Source: Elusimicrobiota bacterium | Lineage (GTDB): Bacteria > CAYTYR01 > UBA6262 | Direction of reading: 5' to 3' | Assembly: GCA_003153935.1 (NCBI GenBank) | Contig: PMCA01000027.1 | Span: 9,405-73,404 of the forward strand | Length of the DNA: 64,000 nucleotides | Shown here: positions 57,277-64,000 of the stretch, piece after piece | Layout: each line of letters starts with the position of its first letter | How positions within the stretch are numbered: position 1 is the first letter of the stretch | Translations under genes and position numbers: made by a program | The notes under the pieces: model-generated | Told to the model about the DNA's origin: nothing | Database searches by the model: none | The model's input: the letters and a program-made list of their open reading frames with translations, nothing else

Positions 57277-58750
57277 TTTCTGGCCTCATCTGCGGGAACA
57301 GGATCACGTCGCGGATAGAAGGTGAATTGGTCAGGATAATGACTAAACGGTCGATACCGATGCCCAACCCGCCGGTAGGCGGCATGCCATACTCCAGCGC
57401 GCGGATAAAATCTTCATCCATAAGCTGGGCTTCCTCATCGCCCTTTTCCCGTTCCTTAAGTTGCTGCTCCATCCGTTTTCTCTGCTCGATCGGATCGTTC
57501 AGCTCGGAATAGGCGTTAGCCAGTTCCTGCCCGCCGATAAATAATTCAAAGCGTTCCACCATTTCCGGGTTACTCTTGGAATTCTTAGCCAACGGCGACA
57601 GCTCCACCGGGTAATCGCAAATGAAAGTCGGCTGTATCAGTTTCTTTTCCACGCATTGTTCAAAGATGCAGCTGATTATCTTGTTATGGCTGGTGTTAGG
57701 GTCAAATTCCACCTGGAGATCGCTGGCGATCTTTTTTGTTTCCTCCAGGGTTTTAGGCACGGAGAAATCCACTTCGGCGTATTCCTTGATAGCGCCGATG
57801 AGGGTCAACCTTTTCCAGTCCCCGTCAAATTGGATAATATTACCGTTGTATTCCGTTTCCAGCTTGCCCAGGCATTCCTTAACCACCAGGGTGATCATCT
57901 CCCGGCATAGTTCCAGTACCTGGTTATAATCGGCATAGGCCTGGTATAATTCTATCATGGTAAATTCCGGGTTATGCCTAGTGGAAATACCCTCGTTGCG
58001 GAAATTACGGTTGACCTCGTACACTCTCTCCAATCCGCCCACGATCAAACGCTTTAAGTACAGTTCCGGCGCGATGCGCAGGAACAGGTCTATATCCAGG
58101 GCGTTATGATGCGTGCAGAACGGCTTGGCCGCCGCGCCGCCGGGGATGGATTGCATCATCGGCGTTTCCACTTCCAGGAAATTACGGCTGTCTAAATATT
58201 CCCTCATGGTCTTAATAACTTTGGACCGCAGGCGGAAAATACCCGCCACTTCGTCATTGGCGATCAGGTCAACATAACGCTGACGGTAACGGGTTTCGAT
58301 ATCGGTCAAACCGTGCCATTTTTCCGGCAGCGGCCGCAGGGCTTTGCTTAAGAGCGTTACCTGGTCCACATGTAAGGTTATCTCCCCGGTCCTGGTGCAG
58401 AATACTGAACCCTTCACGCCGATAATATCACCCATGTCCAGGGTCTTGAAAACCTCGTATTCCTGTTCGCCGATGACATCTTTCTTAACATATATCTGGA
58501 TCCGCCCGGCGGCGTCCTTAATATGGGCGAAACAGGCCTTGCCCATCAGGCGCATGGTCATGATCCTGCCGGCCACTACCAGGCTGCAGGTTTTATCCTC
58601 GGACCCCGGCGTCAGGTGTCCGTACTGCTTGCGGATATCCGCGCTGGAGGCAGTGACGGTAAACTTATTGGGATAAGGGTCTATCCCACTGGTTTTCAGG
58701 TCCTCTAATTTTTTACGGCGTTGCTGTAAAAGTTCATTAAGCTCTTCCAC
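57269..58750 (-). CDS. lysS: Lysine--tRNA ligase (class II)
   Basis: 493 aa; N-terminal OB fold and class II catalytic core (FLEVETPMMQ..., ...GGLGIGIDRLVIILT); GTG start with SD AGGAG. Confidence 0.92.
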   Translation of the reverse strand: MEELNELLQQRRKKLEDLKTSGIDPYPNKFTVTASSADIRKQYGHLTPGSEDKTCSLVVAGRIMTMRLMGKACFAHIKDAAGRIQIYVKKDVIGEQEYEVFKTLDMGDIIGVKGSVFCTRTGEITLHVDQVTLLSKALRPLPEKWHGLTDIETRYRQRYVDLIANDEVAGIFRLRSKVIKTMREYLDSRNFLEVETPMMQSIPGGAAAKPFCTHHNALDIDLFLRIAPELYLKRLIVGGLERVYEVNRNFRNEGISTRHNPEFTMIELYQAYADYNQVLELCREMITLVVKECLGKLETEYNGNIIQFDGDWKRLTLIGAIKEYAEVDFSVPKTLEETKKIASDLQVEFDPNTSHNKIISCIFEQCVEKKLIQPTFICDYPVELSPLAKNSKSNPEMVERFELFIGGQELANAYSELNDPIEQRKRMEQQLKEREKGDEEAQLMDEDFIRALEYGMPPTGGLGIGIDRLVIILTNSPSIRDVILFPQMRPENV

Positions 58751-58796
58751 GCTAACTCCTTTATCTGCCCTATTGGGAACGACAATATATTAAATT

Positions 58797-58826
58797 ATTA
58801 TAGTGCATCTGTCCGACGGATGTCAA
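58797..58826 (-). promoter_or_regulatory. Consensus sigma70 promoter TTGACA-N18-TATAAT upstream of lysS
   Basis: Minus strand reads TTGACAtccgtcggacagatgcacTATAAT, about 45 nt upstream of the lysS GTG start. Confidence 0.6.
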
Positions 58827-58845
58827 TAGAATAAAACGGAAGGGT

Positions 58846-59637
58846 TTACCGGGGGGAGTTGAATCGGATGTTGATCATCTTGGGCGTGGTGGTGGCCCCC
58901 GCTTCCACGGGTTCCGGCTCAAGACCCAAATACGGCGCCGGCTGTGATATCCTGCCTACCCGGCTCAGGCCATTGATAAATTGCCTATAATGTTCTTCTT
59001 GCATCTGCAGGAATAGTTCCTGGCTATCGTTCTGCCGGAAGTATTTTTCCCGGTCAGCTACCTGCATTTCGATGGTATAAGGAGAAGCTGGAACGACTTG
59101 TGAAACCGCTGTGGCGCCGCAGGAGTCCTTAGCTGGCGCCAGGCTGAAACTATCGGCGCTTTCCTGGATCGCTCCTCCAGCCAGAGCCGGTGCGGGAGCT
59201 TCTTTCTTTTTCTCTGCCCCGCCTTTAGCCATAGATGTTTTTTCTAAAGCCCTCACCGAATTATTAACCACCGGCGCCAGCAGAGGCGCTATTTCCGTGC
59301 GGGTTGGGCTCGTTATTTTAGTGGCGTATTTGTTAATGGATACCGCGATCAGCAGTACCGCCATGGCAATAATTGCCGCTGGGACCGGCTTCCAGCTAAA
59401 GATCCCCCAAACGGGTTTACTGGCTAGTTTTCTCTCGATACCTTCCCAAATACCGGCGGGCGGTTCTACCTCTTCGAGTTCTCCCACCATCTTAATGGTC
59501 TGGCGGAGAGCGGCCAAGTCCTGCCGGCATTGGGCGCAGCCTGGCAGATGTTTATCTACCCGCTTCTTTTCTTCCGGAGAGCATATTCCATCTATATAAA
59601 AGGAAAGCAATTCGGTTACATGCTTATTGTTATCCAT
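58846..59637 (-). CDS. Zinc-finger (zf-HC2) membrane anti-sigma factor
   Basis: 263 aa; N-terminal H-x3-C-x2-C motif (HLPGCAQCRQDL); a single TM (VPAAIIAMAVLLIAVSI); overlaps the ECF sigma gene by 8 nt. Confidence 0.7.
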   Translation of the reverse strand: MDNNKHVTELLSFYIDGICSPEEKKRVDKHLPGCAQCRQDLAALRQTIKMVGELEEVEPPAGIWEGIERKLASKPVWGIFSWKPVPAAIIAMAVLLIAVSINKYATKITSPTRTEIAPLLAPVVNNSVRALEKTSMAKGGAEKKKEAPAPALAGGAIQESADSFSLAPAKDSCGATAVSQVVPASPYTIEMQVADREKYFRQNDSQELFLQMQEEHYRQFINGLSRVGRISQPAPYLGLEPEPVEAGATTTPKMINIRFNSPR

Positions 59638-60220
59638 TTTGAATCACTCCCTTCAGTTTATCTTTTAATTCCAGCCGCGCCCGGGCCAGTCGGCTTTTCA
59701 CCGTGCCCAAATTGCATCCGGCTGCCGCGGCGATCTCGTCATAAGAGAACCCTTGTATATCGCGCAGGATTATCACTTCCCGATGTTCGGGGTTTAAAGT
59801 GGCAATAGCTTTCTGCACTTTGTCCCTTATCTCGCCCGCCTCCGCCTGCTTGGAGGGATCGGGACAACTTTTATCCTGTACTTCCACGGTCATTTCATCA
59901 TCTTCCGTTTCTATGGTCCGGTCCAAGGAATCGATATAGGGTTGGGAACGCCAACTGCGCAGCTTATTCTTGCAGGTATTGCAAGCGATGTAATAAAGCC
60001 AGGTGGAAAAACTGGCTTCTTCCCTGAAGTCTTTTATGCCTTTGAAAACCCGCACAAAAATATCCTGGGTCATATCTTTAGCCTCTTCCTGGTCGTTTAA
60101 GAAGCGGAAGCAGAGATTAAAGACCTTCTTCTGGTATTTAGCCACTAATTGGGAAAAGGCAACCTGGTCGCCCTTCTTGGTTAGTTCCACTAACCTGGGA
60201 TCTGCCGGATCTACTACCAA
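59630..60220 (-). CDS. rpoE: ECF-subfamily RNA polymerase sigma-70 factor (RpoE-like)
   Basis: 196 aa; region 2 (VFNLCFRFLNDQEEAKDMTQDIFVRVFK) and region 4 (REVIILRDIQGFSYDEIAAAAGCNLGTVKSRL). Confidence 0.85.
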   Translation of the reverse strand: MVVDPADPRLVELTKKGDQVAFSQLVAKYQKKVFNLCFRFLNDQEEAKDMTQDIFVRVFKGIKDFREEASFSTWLYYIACNTCKNKLRSWRSQPYIDSLDRTIETEDDEMTVEVQDKSCPDPSKQAEAGEIRDKVQKAIATLNPEHREVIILRDIQGFSYDEIAAAAGCNLGTVKSRLARARLELKDKLKGVIQNG

Positions 60221-60233
60221 GACTCTCCCCTTG

Positions 60234-60262
60234 TATAGACAACTTTAGTCATAAAAAGTTCC
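60234..60262 (-). promoter_or_regulatory. RpoE-type ECF promoter GGAACTT-N16-TCTATA (likely autoregulatory)
   Basis: Minus strand reads GGGAACTTtttatgactaaagttgTCTATAcaagggg, about 15-45 nt upstream of the sigma factor start. Confidence 0.6.
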
Positions 60263-60271
60263 CTTAAAAAC

Positions 60272-60349
60272 AGTTACGAGTTTCGGGTTCCGAGTTTCGG
60301 GTTTTTGAATATTTAATTTATACCTTAACTCGTAACGCGTAACTCGCTA
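60272..60349. repeat. Heptamer-array palindromic intergenic element, copy 4
   Basis: Plus strand: AGTTACG AGTTTCG GGTTCCG AGTTTCG GGTTTTT, spacer gaatatttaatttatacc, then inverted TTAACTCG TAACGCG TAACTCG CTAACTT. Its right arm overlaps the prfB stop codon. Confidence 0.6.
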
Positions 60350-61454
60350 ACTTCTTTTATTAACTTCCTTATCCAGATATGCTTCCATGAACTTGTCCAA
60401 CTCACCGTCCATCACCGCCTGCACATTGCCTATTTCCACACCAGTACGATGGTCCTTGACCAGGGTATAGGGACAGAATACATATGACCGGATCTGGCTG
60501 CCCCAGGCAATAGCGCCCTTATCGTCATAATGCTTCTCGGCTTTTTGCCGTTTCTTTTCCTGGTCCAGCTCGAACAGCCTGGCCTTGAGCAGGTTCATGG
60601 CCGTGGCCCGGTTCTTGATCTGCGAACGTTCTTTTTGGCTCTGTACGACTGTACCTGTTGGTAAATGCGTAATGCGGATAGCCGATTCAGTTTTATTTAT
60701 GTGCTGGCCGCCATGGCCGCTGGCCCGGTAGGTATCGATGCGCAGGTCGCTTTCGTTTATCTCGATCTTGACTTCTTCGCTGATCTCGGGAATAACGTCG
60801 CAGGAGGCAAATGTGGTGTGGCGTCTCTTGTTAGCGTCAAACGGGCTGATGCGGACCAGGCGATGCACGCCGATCTCCGACTTCAAATAGCCGTAGGCGT
60901 ATTCGCCCTGCACCAGGAAAGTAACACTTTTAACGCCGGCTTCTTCTCCGGCCAGGATATCGATGATCTCGGTCTGGTAGCCCTTGCGCTCGGCCCAGCG
61001 CGTGTACATACGCAGCAGCATCTCCACCCAATCGCAGGCTTCGGTCCCGCCCGCGCCAGAGTGCAGGTTGACGATAGCGTTATGACGGTCGAATTCCCCG
61101 CTTAATTTGGCCCGGAATAACCGGCTCTTAAGCTCGTTCTCCAGCCTGGTCAGGTCTGTATCCGCCTGCCGGAGGAAACCATCGTCATTTTCCGCCTGTC
61201 CCAGCTCTCCCATATCCTGTATATTCTTGAATTCCGCCGCCAGGGTATCGCCGTCGCGCACCGCAGTTTTCAACTGGTTAAGTTTCTGCATGAGCTTCTG
61301 CGCGCCCTGCTGGTCGTTCCAGAAACCCGCCGCGCCGGTCTGGCTCTCGATCTCCGCTATTTCCCGGCGCTTGTTATCCAGATCAAAGGAACCCCCGATA
61401 TTTTACCAGCAGTTCCTGGACTTGTCCCATTTTTTCGGTCAAAGGATTAGGCAT
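60347..61454 (-). CDS. prfB: Peptide chain release factor 2, expressed through a programmed +1 ribosomal frameshift
   Basis: Frame 0: ATG at 61454 gives MPNPLTEKMGQVQELLVKYRGFL then UGA. Frame +1 continues LDLDNKRREIAEIESQTGAAGFWNDQQGAQKLMQKLNQ... into the 314-aa ORF (60347..61291), which carries the SPF and GGQ domains. Confidence 0.85.
61383..61392 (-). other. prfB +1 frameshift site (internal SD-like GGGGG, then CUU UGA U)
   Basis: Minus strand reads CGGGGGUUCCUUUGAUCUG; the in-frame stop UGA sits in a slippery CUU U context preceded by GGGGG. Confidence 0.75.
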
Positions 61455-62976
61455 TGCTTTTCCTCCTGATCAAGCCCCCGAAATAACCCAGGATAACTAT
61501 TAACGAACAGCCTTTGGCGAACAGGTCACCGTATTTGGTATAGAAAGACATTTTATTCAACGGCGTGACCATGTGCACGGTAACCTGCGGTTGGAACAGT
61601 TCAGTTTGCGCGTAAATAGAGCCGTAAGGGTCTATATACCCGGAGATCCCGCTGGCCGTGCTCCTGATCACCCAGCGCCGGTTCTCGATGGCCCTGAACA
61701 CGTTCATATAAAAATGCTGGTAAGGAGCGGAGGTATTCAGATACCAGGAATCGATGGAAATGTTGACCAGTACCTCTGCGCCGTTCTTGCTCAGCCGGCG
61801 CACCAGGTCGGGGAAAATATCTTCATAGCAGATGCTGACGCCATAATTACTGTACGGACTTTTCAACAGGTTCAGTTTGTCGCCGGGAGTGAAGTCACCC
61901 ATATCCCTGACGATAGGTATGAATTTTTCCAGGTATTTCCGGAAAGGGAATATTTCGCCAAAAGGCACCAGATGCGTTTTATCGTACTGGCCGATAATAT
62001 CGCCTTCGGCGTTCACGCCAAAACAGGAAGTATAATATTTCGCGCCCTGGCGGTCCAAAGCGCCGACCAGTAGCGAAGCCTTGGCGCTCTTAGCCATTTC
62101 CCGCGTGCCCGCCAGCAGGTCCGGCTCCTCGCGCAATACTCCCGGGATGGCGGTTTCCGGGAAAACTATGACTTCCTGGAGGTCATTCTTTAACCGGTCC
62201 ACGAAGTACTGGTATTGACGCATAATATTTTTCTTGTTATCCGGCAGCCATTTGACATCAGGCGGGATGTTAGCCTGGATGATAGCCGTCTTAATAGGTT
62301 TACGATCATTATCCATGTTATCCCTGGCCATTATCACCAGGCCATAACCTATAGATAAAGACATTATCAGGATGACTACCTGGATACTTTGGACGCTTTG
62401 TTTGCGGTTAGACAACTGCCAGGCATAGCTTATTATCTTGGCCACTAAGGCGTTAAGCAGGACTATCAGGAAGCCGACGCCATAGACCCCGGTAAAAGAT
62501 GAGACTTGCGCTACCACCAGGTTATTCCACTGGCTGTAGCCCAGCAGGTTCCAGGGAAAACCGCTCAGCAAATAAGTGCGCAGATACTCCAGCGCCACCC
62601 ATAAGCTGGCGATCAGGAATATATTGAAGGAATAGAAATAACGGTTAAAGAAACTGGTCAGCCCGCAGAACAAACCGAAGTAGATAGCCAGGTAAGCCAT
62701 TAACAGGGCGCCGATAAGCAGGCTCAGGGGCCAGCTCAAAGCCCCATATTGGCGCAGGGTTTCAACCACCCAGTAAAGGGTAATGGCATAAAATACGAAT
62801 CCGGCCGTAAACCCCAGCCGTAATGAAGTTATATAATCCTCTCCTTCCAACACCACCAGCAGCGGCACCAGGCAGAACCAAGCCAGGAAGGATAAATTAA
62901 ATTTAGGAAAGGCCAGCGCCATCAGGACCGCCGACACTATCGCCAAAAATGTTTTGTTATATAAAATTTTAAGCAT
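61447..62976 (-). CDS. lnt: Apolipoprotein N-acyltransferase
   Basis: 509 aa; N-terminal multi-TM domain plus a C-terminal CN-hydrolase domain (E...K...C triad region: VFPE..., ...ICYEDIFP). Confidence 0.88.
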   Translation of the reverse strand: MLKILYNKTFLAIVSAVLMALAFPKFNLSFLAWFCLVPLLVVLEGEDYITSLRLGFTAGFVFYAITLYWVVETLRQYGALSWPLSLLIGALLMAYLAIYFGLFCGLTSFFNRYFYSFNIFLIASLWVALEYLRTYLLSGFPWNLLGYSQWNNLVVAQVSSFTGVYGVGFLIVLLNALVAKIISYAWQLSNRKQSVQSIQVVILIMSLSIGYGLVIMARDNMDNDRKPIKTAIIQANIPPDVKWLPDNKKNIMRQYQYFVDRLKNDLQEVIVFPETAIPGVLREEPDLLAGTREMAKSAKASLLVGALDRQGAKYYTSCFGVNAEGDIIGQYDKTHLVPFGEIFPFRKYLEKFIPIVRDMGDFTPGDKLNLLKSPYSNYGVSICYEDIFPDLVRRLSKNGAEVLVNISIDSWYLNTSAPYQHFYMNVFRAIENRRWVIRSTASGISGYIDPYGSIYAQTELFQPQVTVHMVTPLNKMSFYTKYGDLFAKGCSLIVILGYFGGLIRRKSNA

Positions 62977-62978
62977 CT

Positions 62979-64000
62979 TTATTTATCGGCTCCACAACAC
63001 TTTTTATATTTTTTGCCGCTGCCGCAGGGACAGGGATCGTTGCGTCCGATCTTGTCCAGCTTCTGGGGCTGTTTCGGTTTACTGCTATTCGACATTCCGA
63101 TCTTGGACGGACCGGGTGTGCGCGAAACGCTGTCATTCTCTTGACGGCGCACGGGCGGTGGCGGACCGGCCACCAGTTTTACCTTGAAAATATAATCCGT
63201 GACCTCTTCTTTGATCCTCATGGTCATATTGCTGAATAAACGGTAAGCTTCAAGCTGGTATTCTACCAAAGGATCCTTCTGGCCGTAGGCCCGCAGGCTG
63301 ATCCCCTTGCGCAACTGGTCGATATCGTACAGGTGTTCCTTCCAGCAATTGTCCACCACCTGCAGCATGACCCGCTGCTCCAGGAACCGCATCATCTCCG
63401 GGCTCAGGGACCCTTCTTTCTGTTCATAGGCTTTCTTTATATCCGCCAGTAACCTTTCCTTGAAGGTCTCCTGGGTAAATTTAAGTATTTCATCATGGCT
63501 GAAATTAAAGTCCAGGCCGAAACTTTGCTTCAGCCAGGTCAATAACGCGGCGATCTCCCATTTTTCGGGGTATTCGCTGGCCGGGCAAAATGCCAGTAAC
63601 TTCTCGCCAACCACTTCATCCATCATTTCCAGGTAGCGGCCCTTCAGGTCCTCACCCTCGAGCACCATCTGACGCTGCTCGTATATAACTTCGCGCTGGG
63701 TGTTCATCACATTATCATAATCCAGTAATTGTTTCCTGATGTCAAAATTCATAGCTTCCACTTTACGCTGGGCCGATTCGATCGCGCGGGAGATCAAAGG
63801 ATGCTGTATCTCCTGACCCTGCTCCATGCCTAGCTTGTCCATGACATAGCTGATCCGGTCGGAACCGAACAGACGCATTAACTCATCCTCCAGCGATAAA
63901 TAGAATCGGCTGGATCCCGGATCACCCTGCCGGCCACTGCGGCCACGCAGCTGGTTATCAATGCGCCGGGATTCATGGCGTTCCGTGCCTAACACATGCA
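62979..64000 (-). CDS. secA: Preprotein translocase ATPase SecA (C-terminal portion; the gene continues beyond the window end)
   Basis: C-terminal zinc-binding tail DPCPCGSGKKYKKCCG plus helical-scaffold and wing sequences; the frame is open to position 64000. Confidence 0.9.
   Translation of the reverse strand, partial: HVLGTERHESRRIDNQLRGRSGRQGDPGSSRFYLSLEDELMRLFGSDRISYVMDKLGMEQGQEIQHPLISRAIESAQRKVEAMNFDIRKQLLDYDNVMNTQREVIYEQRQMVLEGEDLKGRYLEMMDEVVGEKLLAFCPASEYPEKWEIAALLTWLKQSFGLDFNFSHDEILKFTQETFKERLLADIKKAYEQKEGSLSPEMMRFLEQRVMLQVVDNCWKEHLYDIDQLRKGISLRAYGQKDPLVEYQLEAYRLFSNMTMRIKEEVTDYIFKVKLVAGPPPPVRRQENDSVSRTPGPSKIGMSNSSKPKQPQKLDKIGRNDPCPCGSGKKYKKCCGADK

Noticed and set aside
286-63187. All plus-strand ORFs in the track (for example 4377..4976, 9894..10502, 11711..12466, 21242..22012, 50896..51651, 53321..53908, 61573..62073)
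   Set aside because: Each lies entirely antisense to a long, well-supported minus-strand gene with clear homology. They are low-complexity (Arg/Ser/Pro/Gly-rich translations typical of antisense frames), lack RBS or promoter context, and none has a recognisable domain.
1-64000. Mobile elements, CRISPR arrays, prophage or integrase/transposase genes
   Set aside because: No integrase/transposase-like ORFs, no direct-repeat/spacer arrays of CRISPR dimensions, and no tRNA genes that could serve as att sites. The heptamer elements are too short and lack terminal inverted repeats typical of IS elements.

Overview
This is a 64 kb, gene-dense stretch (about 95% coding, GC near 50%) of a diderm (outer-membrane) bacterial chromosome. 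Every credible gene is on the minus strand; all plus-strand ORFs in the track are antisense and were rejected. Transcription runs from high to low coordinates in the order: secA(partial)-lnt-prfB | ECF sigma/anti-sigma | lysS-lolCE-lolD-ilvE-clpC | tamB-bamA-skp-lpxD-lpxC/fabZ-lpxA-lpxI-oxidoreductase-lpxB-msbA-DUF374-waaA-2x heptosyltransferase | cstA | an exopolysaccharide (EPS) module (giant deacetylase/hydrolase-like protein, PgaC-like processive GT2, GT4) | orphan 464-aa protein, sugar-phosphate isomerase | hisS-aspS | phoH-pgpH-ybeY-dgkA::PAP2 | corC, PRC-barrel protein, mntH | recO-glyQ-glyS | ppdK | tamA-like/tamB-like(partial). Many junctions are 4-17 nt overlaps, consistent with long translationally coupled operons. 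The gene content (BamA/TamB/Skp, Lol, a lipid A pathway using LpxI instead of LpxH, an LpxC-FabZ fusion, split alpha/beta GlyRS, no transposases) points to a core-genome region of an uncultivated or poorly characterised Gram-negative lineage; phylum assignment is not possible from sequence alone. The most unusual signals are: (i) a family of about 80-95 bp intergenic elements built from tandem heptamers, an AT-rich spacer and inverted heptamers, found at five gene junctions plus one remnant; (ii) a textbook RpoE-type ECF promoter in front of the sigma/anti-sigma pair; (iii) a prfB +1 programmed frameshift with a CUU UGA U context; (iv) a DgkA-PAP2 fusion; (v) a PNAG/Pel-like EPS module with a 1.3-kDa-scale (about 1310 aa) multidomain membrane-anchored modifier; (vi) two TamB paralogs in two different genomic contexts. 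Start codons in the ORF track often use TTG/GTG maximal extensions; where an ATG/GTG with a good RBS was visible I adjusted the start. Coordinates of intergenic motifs are approximate (about +/-10 nt), because my character-level indexing disagreed with the ORF track by 1-10 nt at two places.
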